From Flavobacteriales bacterium (GTDB lineage Bacteria; Bacteroidota; Bacteroidia; Flavobacteriales_F; PHOS-HE28): a stretch of 64,000 nucleotides of DNA. Within the stretch, counting starts at the first letter, position 1. Each line of letters begins with the position of its first letter. This document shows positions 18,993 through 27,532 of this stretch, one piece after another. A program made the position numbers and the translations under genes. The stretch covers positions 1,359-65,358 of the forward strand of contig JBDTNF010000250.1 of the NCBI GenBank assembly GCA_039933875.1, in the 5' to 3' direction. The notes below the pieces were generated by a model. That model saw only the letters and a program-made list of their open reading frames with translations. It made no database searches and was not told the origin of the DNA.

Positions 18993-19808
18993 ATGGCCCA
19001 CGTCCTGCTTCCCACCGACTTCAGCGATAACGCGCTGAACGCATCCCTTTTCGCGCTTCGCCTCTTCGGTGACAAAGGCAACACCTTCACCGCGGTGCAC
19101 AGCTACGCGCCTGCCCTGAACGTGGAGGCCGAGGCATTCCTCGTGGAGACGGCCGCTTCCGTTGCCATGGAACAGACCGGGGCCTTCACTGAGCGGATCA
19201 AGACCGCTCTGCCCGGGCGGAAACCTGTGCTGGAGAGCGCCTGCGGGCCGGGCTCGCTTTCAGCAGTGATCCGCGACGCGCGAACCGGTGAGCCCGACCT
19301 CGTGGTGATGGGAACACAGGGCTCCAGTGGGCTGAAAGCGACCCTGATGGGCAACCATACGGTGGAGGTGATCCGCCATACGGACCTGGCGGTGCTGGCC
19401 GTGCCGGAACAGGCGCGCTACCGCATCCCGAAACGCATTGTGCTCGCCGATGATGGAGGACCGGTGGACAAAGCCATGCTCAAAGTGCTGCTGGACATCG
19501 CCCGCTGGTCGCGCTCCGAGGTGATGATCGTGGGGACGACCGATGAGGAGACCAACAGCGAACACGGGTCCACCGCCACGGCCTATGACCTGCTGCTGGG
19601 CGGCATTCCGCATACGCACCAGTACTTGAGCGGGGAGAACGTGCATGACGCGCTGAACGATCTGGCGGATCAAAGCGACGCCGACCTGGTGGCCCTTCCG
19701 CACCGCCCGCGCGGATCGTTCCAGCACTTGTTCCAGAACAGCCCTGCCACGAAGCTGGTGATGCACACCCACGTCCCCATGTTGGTGCTCCGTCCCCCGA
19801 ACGGGTGA
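18993..19808 (+). CDS. Universal stress protein (tandem UspA domains)
   Basis: Two Usp-like halves, each ending in a G-x2-G-x9-G(S/T)-type block (VMGTQGSSGLKATLMGNHT). Confidence 0.8.
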   Translation: MAHVLLPTDFSDNALNASLFALRLFGDKGNTFTAVHSYAPALNVEAEAFLVETAASVAMEQTGAFTERIKTALPGRKPVLESACGPGSLSAVIRDARTGEPDLVVMGTQGSSGLKATLMGNHTVEVIRHTDLAVLAVPEQARYRIPKRIVLADDGGPVDKAMLKVLLDIARWSRSEVMIVGTTDEETNSEHGSTATAYDLLLGGIPHTHQYLSGENVHDALNDLADQSDADLVALPHRPRGSFQHLFQNSPATKLVMHTHVPMLVLRPPNG

Positions 19809-19814
19809 ACGTGA

Positions 19815-20762
19815 TCAGATCTGCTTGGGCTTCTTCGGGGTGTGCAGCGTGAACACCCTTGAGATGTTGAACCCGTAGTGGATCTGCCCCTCCGACCAAC
19901 TGTTGGTGGTCTCGGTGATGAAGGCACGTTCGAACATACCCGTGCTATTGGTGAAGTGCAGCTGGAAAACGTGCCCGCCGGTCTCGATATCGAAACCGAT
20001 GGAGAGCGAATTCTTGAACCCGGCGTTCGGGTCGGCCGCTAATTCCGCCGCCGTTGGCTCGAGCAACTGGCCGGGAAGGACGTAGAAGTACTCGGCGTTC
20101 AAGGACACGCGCTTGCTCAATTTGATGCGGCCCGAGAGCCCCACATTGTACACATCGTTCTTCTCATCGACGGTCGTCACCAGGTTCCGGTGTACCAGGC
20201 CGGGGGTGAGTTGCAGGGTGAGGCTCTCCGTGAATTTCCGCCCCACCACCAACTGGAAGGAATAGCTCATCCGGTTGCTGAAGTAATAGGTCTTCGACTC
20301 GTCGGGCCAGTAATCCGACTGCTGGGTGGTGTTCACCGCTGACGATGCGACGAACGCTGCGGTGACCGGCATGCCGCAGCCCTCCTGGCACTGGCGCAGG
20401 AACTTGTACTTCACGAAACCATCCACGGTCTTCTGGTAACTGCTCCGCCCGATGCCGATCATCACCCGGTCGGTCAAGCCGTAGTCGAGACCGAGCCGGA
20501 TGGTCGCCTGGTCCAGGCCGAAAAAATTGCTCACCCCCTCCTCCAACGTGCCGAACCGGTGGCCGATCTTGAAGTCGAGCACGCCGTGCGCAGTGTTCTC
20601 CACGCTGTGCCCATTGATGACACGGGTGGTCTTGAAGCTCGCCGTGGTGTATACCGGGACCGTGTCCTCCCCGCCCAACAGTTTCAACAGGTCCTCATCC
20701 TGCGCGAACGCGGACACCGAAAGCAACGGGACGGATAGTACCAGGAGGGTCGTTCGCAGCAT
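19815..20762 (-). CDS. DUF5777-like outer-membrane beta-barrel protein
   Basis: Signal peptide, alternating beta-strand pattern and a C-terminal aromatic-rich strand. The N-terminal DEDLLKLLGGED...TTRVINGHSVE is typical of this family. Confidence 0.65.
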   Translation of the reverse strand: MLRTTLLVLSVPLLSVSAFAQDEDLLKLLGGEDTVPVYTTASFKTTRVINGHSVENTAHGVLDFKIGHRFGTLEEGVSNFFGLDQATIRLGLDYGLTDRVMIGIGRSSYQKTVDGFVKYKFLRQCQEGCGMPVTAAFVASSAVNTTQQSDYWPDESKTYYFSNRMSYSFQLVVGRKFTESLTLQLTPGLVHRNLVTTVDEKNDVYNVGLSGRIKLSKRVSLNAEYFYVLPGQLLEPTAAELAADPNAGFKNSLSIGFDIETGGHVFQLHFTNSTGMFERAFITETTNSWSEGQIHYGFNISRVFTLHTPKKPKQI

Positions 20763-20774
20763 ACGGTCGGGTTC

Positions 20775-21329
20775 TTACATCTTGGTGTAATCCAAGCGCA
20801 CCTTCACCTGGACCTCTTCGGCGATACTCTTGCGCACCACACTCGGGATCGTGATGCCATGGTCCTCGGGCTTCACAGTGAAGTCACTGCTCGCCTTGAT
20901 GCCACCCGCCGCGTCCACGACCAGAGTGCCCTTGGCCTTCACCGGCTTCATAACTCCGTGGATCGTGAGTTCGCCTTCCACCAGCACCTCATAGGTACCG
21001 GCCGTCTTCAACTGCTCGGCCGTCACTCCGGTCATCTTCCCCTTGAAGGAGGCCTTGGGAAAGGTGTTGCTCTCCATGTAGTTCTCGTTGAAGTGCTCCT
21101 GCAACAGCGCCTTCTCGAACTCAAAGGCCTTGATGAGGACATCGAACTGGATGGCCCCACTGGTGGCGTCGAACACACTGGTCACCTTGTTGTTTTCACC
21201 TACGATGAGTTCCACCGGGGTTTCCGAGGTGAAGGTGATGTGGCCGGTGCGCGTGGCATAGCGGTCCTGGGCGATGGTGGCGAGCGGCAGCAAGGCTGCG
21301 ACGGCGATGATCGTTCTCACGGTGTTCAT
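20775..21329 (-). CDS. YceI family periplasmic protein
   Basis: Signal peptide. Contains HITFTSETPVE...FDVLIKAFEF...GELTIHGVMKPV, characteristic of YceI lipid/isoprenoid-binding barrels. Confidence 0.85.
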   Translation of the reverse strand: MNTVRTIIAVAALLPLATIAQDRYATRTGHITFTSETPVELIVGENNKVTSVFDATSGAIQFDVLIKAFEFEKALLQEHFNENYMESNTFPKASFKGKMTGVTAEQLKTAGTYEVLVEGELTIHGVMKPVKAKGTLVVDAAGGIKASSDFTVKPEDHGITIPSVVRKSIAEEVQVKVRLDYTKM

Positions 21330-21364
21330 GTCGGTTGTTTTTCTTCTGTCGGTATAGGCAAGGA

Positions 21365-21790
21365 TCATTCCACAGCGGCACAACGCTGCAACAGCACATC
21401 CATGAGCAGGCCTGTGCAGATGCCCTTGATGCTTACGGTGTCCCCCGCTTTCCAATCCCCGGGCACATCCTCCGAAGCGAATTCGCACACGACCCCGGCC
21501 AACGCATCGCCGGTCTCAAGCACCACGTTCACCTTGCCCTTGTCGCCCTGGTCGATGGCGCGGATCGTTCCGTTCACCTGGATGGCCTGCTCCGTGGCCC
21601 CAACGAACCGGACGGTGGCGGCGCCCTCGTTCTCCTGGAACGCTTTCAGCAGATCGACGGCCTCGATCGTCTCCTTGGCGGCTAACGCTTCGGCGCCTTG
21701 CACCGGCCTGTTGTATTCCGTCCAGCCATAGAGCCCGCCACCAATGACGGCAACGAGAACGACGATGGCGATGATGGTCCTTGTTCGCAT
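21365..21790 (-). CDS. Membrane-anchored OB-fold protein (tRNA_anti-like family)
   Basis: N-terminal TM, then YNRP...AVDLLKAFQENEGAATVRFVG...VVCEF...SIKGICTG...DVLLQRCA, matching the tRNA_anti-like pattern. Confidence 0.75.
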   Translation of the reverse strand: MRTRTIIAIVVLVAVIGGGLYGWTEYNRPVQGAEALAAKETIEAVDLLKAFQENEGAATVRFVGATEQAIQVNGTIRAIDQGDKGKVNVVLETGDALAGVVCEFASEDVPGDWKAGDTVSIKGICTGLLMDVLLQRCAAVE

Positions 21791-21795
21791 GGTGT

Positions 21796-22164
21796 TCAAT
21801 TCTCCGGGTAACCAGCAGCGACCCACAACTCCAGTTGCTGCAACTCACAGGATGGCAACGGTCCGCTCGTGGGCATGCCGATCGCTCCCGGGCTGTACCG
21901 TACCGAGGGAAGGAAGGGGCCATCGTTCACGATCTTCGCCACAATACCGCTGTACGTCGTGAAGTCACCCGCCCCGTCGCCGCCCGGCACGTGGCAGCCC
22001 GGTGTCGCGCATTTCGCTTGGACGATGGGTAAAATGGTGCCGGAGTAGGTGATGTTCGTGGTATCGCAGAACGAGTTCGGGTAGAGTTCTTCCTCGTTAT
22101 CGTAGTAGCAGCCGTTCGAGAACAGCAGTGTGCCGAGCATCAAGACCAGGAGGATGGAACGCAT
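21796..22164 (-). CDS. Lipoprotein with one PSCyt1-like (Planctomycete cytochrome c-like) domain, CX4CH variant
   Basis: Lipobox LLFSNGC, then ILPIVQAKCATPGCH...IGMPTSGPLPSCELQQLELWVAAGYPEN. Only the last 122 codons of ORF 21796-22743 look coding. Confidence 0.7.
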   Translation of the reverse strand: MRSILLVLMLGTLLFSNGCYYDNEEELYPNSFCDTTNITYSGTILPIVQAKCATPGCHVPGGDGAGDFTTYSGIVAKIVNDGPFLPSVRYSPGAIGMPTSGPLPSCELQQLELWVAAGYPEN

Positions 22165-22169
22165 CGGCT

Positions 22170-22928
22170 TCAATTGTTCGGTGCGCTGGCCTCGATCCAG
22201 ATGAGGAATTGCTGGATCCGGCAATCCGGCAGCATCGAGCCGCTCGGCGGCATCGCGATCCCACTGGGGTCGTGCTGTATCGAGAGCGCAAGGCGTCCGT
22301 CCATGGCCACACTGTTGAGTACCGCCCACGAAGTGAGGTCGAGCCCACCCTGGGGTGTGGCCCCGCTGTGGCAACCCTGACAGCGCTGTTGGATGAGCGG
22401 GACGATGGTACCGGAGTAAGTAACGTTGGACGTGTCGCACACCGACCCCACACAACTGTTGTTCTGCGCACCCTGTTGGATCCAAAGGCCGATCAGGTCG
22501 ATCTGGTCGTCGGTGAGGGGTGGCTGGGGCGGCTGCGGCATGATATCGTCCGGGTCGGTCTCGTTTATGGCCTCCCAAAGATCGCCGTCCTGAACGATGC
22601 CGCTGTTCATCAGGCTGGAATAATCGGTGATCTGGATCTCGTCGTTGTCGTCCGTGGCGGTGTTGTGGCAGCCGGGCACCGCGCAGTTGCTGATCAACAG
22701 CGGCAGGATCTCCTGCTCGAAGAAGACGATGTTCGTGTCGCACACCACCTCCTCCTCCCCGCCACCACCGGTACCCGGATCGAACGGCGGATCGATCGGG
22801 GCGATCGGGGGTTCGTGCTTGCAGCTGGAAAGACCCAGCACCAGCGCCAGGGCCGCCAACAGGGCCACCAGGCTGGGGACCAGCACATCACCTGCGCCCT
22901 CCTTCATCAACTTGTGCTTGGTCCCCAT
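22170..22928 (-). CDS. Lipoprotein with two PSCyt1-like domains (CX4CH and CXXCH)
   Basis: Lipobox VLGLSSC. Domain 1 is ILPLLISNCAVPGCH...IMPQPPQPPLTDDQIDLIGLWIQQGAQNN. Domain 2 is IVPLIQQRCQGCHSGATPQGGLDL...IAMPPSGSMLPDCRIQQFLIWIEASAPNN. Confidence 0.75.
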   Translation of the reverse strand: MGTKHKLMKEGAGDVLVPSLVALLAALALVLGLSSCKHEPPIAPIDPPFDPGTGGGGEEEVVCDTNIVFFEQEILPLLISNCAVPGCHNTATDDNDEIQITDYSSLMNSGIVQDGDLWEAINETDPDDIMPQPPQPPLTDDQIDLIGLWIQQGAQNNSCVGSVCDTSNVTYSGTIVPLIQQRCQGCHSGATPQGGLDLTSWAVLNSVAMDGRLALSIQHDPSGIAMPPSGSMLPDCRIQQFLIWIEASAPNN

Positions 22929-23064
22929 CTGTCGTGTTCCATTCCCATCGCTCGGGTTCTGAGCCGATCGGCGGGTACAAACCAAATTCCGCAGGAGGGC
23001 GTTCGCACGGTCCATCCCGACGAACCGGGATGATCCGGGGATGGAGCGGGAAGGACCCACGAGC

Positions 23065-23265
23065 CTAGCGCGTTTTGACATCGCGTGCATGTCCCATGCT
23101 CGTCCTCCGCAGTTCCACCAAACCGCTCAGCAGCACAATGGCATTGAGGCTGTTGTGGTAGCGTGGCGCATGGTTCAGTTCCATGATCCGCCCGAGGAGG
23201 CGTTCGGGCTCCGTGTCGAGCAACAACTCAAGGTCCTGTGGGTCGAGGGTGAGCAACTGGTCCAT
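23065..23265 (-). CDS. Hypothetical small protein (66 aa)
   Basis: ATG-initiated, GC3-rich ORF on the same strand between the LytTR regulator and the cytochrome-like genes. I recognise no family. Confidence 0.35.
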   Translation of the reverse strand: MDQLLTLDPQDLELLLDTEPERLLGRIMELNHAPRYHNSLNAIVLLSGLVELRRTSMGHARDVKTR

Positions 23266-23373
23266 TTCGTCGGGGTTCTAGGATGTCACACCCCGAAGCT
23301 GGCGCGCGCCCACCCGTGCGCATAACGCACGGTGATGGAACAGGAAACGGGTTGGATGGAGCGGTATCCGCGG

Positions 23374-24129
23374 CTACCGGCCCGCGAGCCAGCGCTTGAA
23401 CTCAGCTGAACGCTCGCTGCTTACGATCGCATCATCGCCGTATGGTGGATCAAGCACCACCTTCACCCGGCTCTTGCTGTAGGCGAGCAGTTCCTTGATG
23501 CTGTCCAGTTGCACGATCAACTGGCGGTTGAGCCGGATGAACTTCTCTGGATCCAGCTGTAGTTCGAGCTTGTCCAGGCTTTCCTCCAGCGGCAGGTCAC
23601 GGCCTTCGCGTGTGCGCAGGAAGGTGTTCTTCATCAACGAATGGATGTACGCTATGCCGTCCGGTTCGACCACGCGGAAGTGATCGCCGTAGCGGATCAG
23701 GAAGCGCTTGATCGGTGCGGAAGGTCGCGCGGGTTGCGCGTTGGCTGCCGGGAGGTGCGCATGATCACGCACCACGCCACCCTTCTTCGCGCGCTCGATC
23801 GCCTGGGCCAGGTCCTCCTTCTTTATCGGCTTCAGCAGGTAGTCCAATGCGTTCACCCGGAAAGCCTGTAGCGCATGCTCGTCGTATGCCGTGGTGAACA
23901 CCACCGGGCAGCCCACCTCCACCTGCTTGAACACTTCGAAACTGTCGCCATCCGCCAGGCGCACATCGAACAATGCAAGGTCCGGAACGGGGTTGGCGCG
24001 GAACCACTCGACCGCCCCGGAGACCGTCGGGATGTCAGCCACCACCTGGATGTCCGGATCGATGCCGACCAGCATCTTACGCAACCGCGAAACCGCGGCC
24101 GGTTCATCCTCGATGATCAGTACATTCAT
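23374..24129 (-). CDS. LytR/AlgR family response regulator (REC + LytTR DNA-binding domain)
   Basis: REC domain with MNVLIIEDE and phospho-acceptor LALFDVRLADGDS. The C-terminal LytTR pattern is FLIRYGDHFRVV...IAYI... Confidence 0.9.
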   Translation of the reverse strand: MNVLIIEDEPAAVSRLRKMLVGIDPDIQVVADIPTVSGAVEWFRANPVPDLALFDVRLADGDSFEVFKQVEVGCPVVFTTAYDEHALQAFRVNALDYLLKPIKKEDLAQAIERAKKGGVVRDHAHLPAANAQPARPSAPIKRFLIRYGDHFRVVEPDGIAYIHSLMKNTFLRTREGRDLPLEESLDKLELQLDPEKFIRLNRQLIVQLDSIKELLAYSKSRVKVVLDPPYGDDAIVSSERSAEFKRWLAGR

Positions 24130-24132
24130 GGT

Positions 24133-26928
24133 CTAGGGATCGATCAAAGGTATCCGGACGCTGAAGGTGTCACTGGTCTTTTCCACCAGGATGGGACGTG
24201 TGGTGAGCGCCTTGTAGCGTTTCACGATACTCTCCAGACCGAATCCCGTGGAACGCGGCGGTGAAAGTCGCGGACGCAGCGGGTTCTGGACGATCACGGT
24301 ATCATGCCCGGCGGTGATCGAGATCAAGAACGGCTGGCCCTTCCCGATCACGTTGTGCTTCATCGCGTTCTCCACGAGCAGTTGCAGCGTAAGGGGCATG
24401 ATACCGCGCGATCGTTCCTTTCCGCCCACGTGGACCTCGATGGTGATCGCCTCACCGAAGCGACGCTGTTCCAAGGCGAAGTAGTTCGCCACCAGGTCCA
24501 GTTCCTCCTCCAGGGTGATACGCTCCTTATCGCGTACAAGCAGGATGTTGCGGAAGAAGACGCTCAATTGCTCCACATGCTCCACGGCTTTGGCCGGTTC
24601 GGATTCGATCAGCTCCACCAAGGCGTTGAAGCTGTTGAACAGGAAATGGGGATCGACCTGGCTGCGCAGGACCTCCAGTTGGAACCGGACCTGTTCCTGT
24701 TCCATCCGCTCGCGGTAACGCAGACGGCGGTCGTGGCCGCGCAGGAGCCAGAAGACGGTGACGAAGACCAGCACCGCGCCGAGGGCAACTACCCAGGGCC
24801 AGCGCCACCATGGCGCATCCACGGTGATATCCAGCGCGGCCCAATCATCGGAAACGGGTGCTTCACCGGTGAACGCACGGATCTCGAAGCGGTAGTCGCC
24901 CGGAGGCAGCGCCGAAAAACTCACTTCCCGGTCACGCGTCCGGATCACACGGTCATCGAGCCCGCGCAAACGGTACTCGAAACGCACCGCTCCCGGATCG
25001 GCATAGTGCAACCCGGTGAACTGTATGGTGATGTCGTTCCGGTCGTGCGATGTGCGCAGCGCCTGATCCACCCGATAGGACGCGTTGTCCACCAATGCAC
25101 CGATGATCACGGCCGGGATCCGCGGGTCGAAGTGGGCGGCCGTGGGCTGCATGCGTACAAGCCCCTTGTTGCAGGCGAGCCAGAGCGCACCGCCCCGATC
25201 GTTGCACAGCGCGTTCAACTGCGCCTTCATCCCCTCGAGCCCGAAGCGGGCGGTCAGGTCGGTCCACATACCGCTGGTCGGGTCAACGGATGAAACACCC
25301 GTACTGCCGAACGCGAGCAGATGACCGTTGCTGTTCCCCAGCGAGAAAAGTTCACCGTCGAACGGTGGAAGTCCCACAGCCAAGCACCGGGCGGAGTCTT
25401 CCTCAAAGCGACAGAAACCGGTCCCCGGACCAGCGGCCCAGGCCTTGCCGTTGGCATCGTGCACGAGCGAATAGAAGGTGCCCTTGCCTTTCGCACCGCC
25501 TCCCGCGCCCCCCCAGCGCATCACGCCATGGCCATCGGTCGCGATCAATACCCCGTTCTCATGCGGTAGCACATCGATGACAAAGCCGGACTCCCTGGAT
25601 AGCGCGGTGAAGATCCCATCCCGGTAGCGCGTGATGCCTTCGAGCGTGGCGAACCAGACCGCATCACCACGAGCACGAACGGAGAGTACGTTGTTGTTCC
25701 CAAGACCATCGGCGGTGGTGTAGTGGGCCACCTTGCCGTTGGCGAACAAGGCATACACCCCTGAACCGAAGGTGGCGGCCCAAACGGTGCCATCGTCCGC
25801 AGCCGCCAACGACACGATCTTCGTGGTCGGATCGACCTCCAGGGAGGAACGTGTGACCTTGAGTTCCTCGGCGAAGGCGGCGACGTGATTGAAGAGGCCC
25901 TTTGGTGTGGCGAACCAGATGCGATCGTGTGCGTCGCTGCACAGCGCGGTGATCACGCGCAGATCCAATCCCTCGTGCTCGGGAACAAAGAGGATGGCAG
26001 GATCGGCGCGGTGCAAGAGTTCGGTCCCATCGCACCACCAAACGGCGCCTTCGTGATCGAGCAACAGATCGTCGATGGCGCTCGGGCGTCCCTCAACCGG
26101 ACGTTGTGAGGCATAGCTGCCGCGGGAGGGTCCACGATCAACCATGATTACGCCGTGATCCTGCGTCCCCAACCACACCAGGTCCCCCACCACCTGAATG
26201 CTCCGTATGGGGCCACTCGCCCATTTCGGGTCAAGTATCTCCAGGCTCTCCCTGCCCTTACCCGGCTTCCAACGAAATGCGCCGCTGCGATCGGTACCTG
26301 CCCAAACACTTCCGTCGGGTGTGGCAGTGATCGCGAGCACCAGGTTGTCCGGTGCACCCTGCGTCTCACCGAAAACCTCCAACACACCACTGGTCGAACA
26401 GAAGGCCAGGCCCTGATCGGTGGCCACCGCAACATGGCCATCCGCGGTCACGCAAAGATCATTGACATGCGCATCGGGAAGGTCACTGATCGCCGTGGAG
26501 CGTCCGTTCTCCAACACCAGCACACCCTTGCCATACGTCCCGATCCAGATCCGCCCTGCGTTGTCCTCCACCAGGGCGCGCACCGGGTCCGTGCGCAGCA
26601 GCGTGTCCTTCCACAGTGTATCGCAGCCCAATGCATCGCAACGGACGAGCACTCCCGTCGTCAATGCTGCGATGACACCGCGTCCGGAAGCGCACATCGC
26701 TTGAACGCCGCTGTTCTCCGTTCGCAGCATGACATCCACGTGCTCCCCGTCGGTCCGAAGCAGGCCCAGGTCGCTTCCCACCCAGATCAGCCCGAACGAA
26801 TCCTGAACGAGTTGGCCGATGGCGGGACGCTGCTGCCCAGGTCGCACTTCGAGAACCCGGGTGTAAGGGAATTGTGCCAGCGCCAGTTGAGCGAGGACGA
26901 TGCTGAGCGTGAGCAACAGTGCCCTCAT
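24133..26928 (-). CDS. Sensor histidine kinase: periplasmic beta-propeller (Reg_prop/Y_Y_Y-like) + TM + LytS-type His_kinase/HATPase
   Basis: Signal peptide, about 640 aa of repeated WxGT/WFAT propeller-like blocks, a Y_Y_Y-like segment (RFEYRLRGLDD...GDYRFEIRA), the TM WPWVVALGAVLVFVTVFWLL, then QVDPHFLFNSFNAL and an ATPase domain. Confidence 0.85.
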   Translation of the reverse strand: MRALLLTLSIVLAQLALAQFPYTRVLEVRPGQQRPAIGQLVQDSFGLIWVGSDLGLLRTDGEHVDVMLRTENSGVQAMCASGRGVIAALTTGVLVRCDALGCDTLWKDTLLRTDPVRALVEDNAGRIWIGTYGKGVLVLENGRSTAISDLPDAHVNDLCVTADGHVAVATDQGLAFCSTSGVLEVFGETQGAPDNLVLAITATPDGSVWAGTDRSGAFRWKPGKGRESLEILDPKWASGPIRSIQVVGDLVWLGTQDHGVIMVDRGPSRGSYASQRPVEGRPSAIDDLLLDHEGAVWWCDGTELLHRADPAILFVPEHEGLDLRVITALCSDAHDRIWFATPKGLFNHVAAFAEELKVTRSSLEVDPTTKIVSLAAADDGTVWAATFGSGVYALFANGKVAHYTTADGLGNNNVLSVRARGDAVWFATLEGITRYRDGIFTALSRESGFVIDVLPHENGVLIATDGHGVMRWGGAGGGAKGKGTFYSLVHDANGKAWAAGPGTGFCRFEEDSARCLAVGLPPFDGELFSLGNSNGHLLAFGSTGVSSVDPTSGMWTDLTARFGLEGMKAQLNALCNDRGGALWLACNKGLVRMQPTAAHFDPRIPAVIIGALVDNASYRVDQALRTSHDRNDITIQFTGLHYADPGAVRFEYRLRGLDDRVIRTRDREVSFSALPPGDYRFEIRAFTGEAPVSDDWAALDITVDAPWWRWPWVVALGAVLVFVTVFWLLRGHDRRLRYRERMEQEQVRFQLEVLRSQVDPHFLFNSFNALVELIESEPAKAVEHVEQLSVFFRNILLVRDKERITLEEELDLVANYFALEQRRFGEAITIEVHVGGKERSRGIMPLTLQLLVENAMKHNVIGKGQPFLISITAGHDTVIVQNPLRPRLSPPRSTGFGLESIVKRYKALTTRPILVEKTSDTFSVRIPLIDP

Positions 26929-26930
26929 GC

Positions 26931-27488
26931 TCAGTTCGATGGTGCCGGTTTGAAAAGCAGATCGACCTTCACCTGCACCACTGCGGCGATCTTCTGTTGC
27001 ACGATGCCCGGGATATGGATACCGTGCTCGTCAAGCACGACGTCGAAGGCCGATGTCACACGGATACCCTCGGCCGTGACGATCACATCGCACGGTATGA
27101 TCCGCTCACGCGGTTGTCCCTTCACGGTGAGCGTTCCTTTGGCGCGCACCTTATAGGTGCCGGGTACCGCGAGATCCACCGCCTCGATGATCCGCCCTTG
27201 GAAGACCGTGTTGGGCCATGTGTTCGAGTCCAGATAGGTCTCGTTGAAGTGCTCCATCTGCAGCGGACCATTGAAGCCAATGAAGGCCGCCGTGGGGACC
27301 CGGATCGCGAAACCGCGTGCGTTCCGATCGAGCACACCAGCTGTCGCCTCGTTCTGCGCCTTGATCACTTCCATCGGGGCATCGCTGATGAACGAGACCA
27401 CGGATCGCTGCACGCGGAAGAGCACGCGCTCCTGCGCCGCACCCGCTAATGTTGATACGACCAGGATAATGGAATAAAGGATGCGCAT
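26931..27488 (-). CDS. YceI-like periplasmic protein (first gene of the TCS operon)
   Basis: Signal peptide MRILYSIILVVSTLAGAAQ. YceI-like blocks are VSFISDAPMEVI...FNETYLDSNTWPN..F.G...GTLTVKGQPRE. Its stop lies 2 nt before the kinase start. Confidence 0.75.
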   Translation of the reverse strand: MRILYSIILVVSTLAGAAQERVLFRVQRSVVSFISDAPMEVIKAQNEATAGVLDRNARGFAIRVPTAAFIGFNGPLQMEHFNETYLDSNTWPNTVFQGRIIEAVDLAVPGTYKVRAKGTLTVKGQPRERIIPCDVIVTAEGIRVTSAFDVVLDEHGIHIPGIVQQKIAAVVQVKVDLLFKPAPSN

Positions 27489-27532
27489 GATCGGGCCATG
27501 AACGAAGCCCGTGCCGAAGTTAGCGGCTCGCG

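Noticed and set aside
21796-22743. A 315-aa ORF and its overlapping partners (22097-22471, 22128-23033).
   Set aside because: Only the last 122 codons (from ATG 22164) encode a lipoprotein with a recognisable domain. The rest overlaps the well-supported 22170-22928 gene out of frame.
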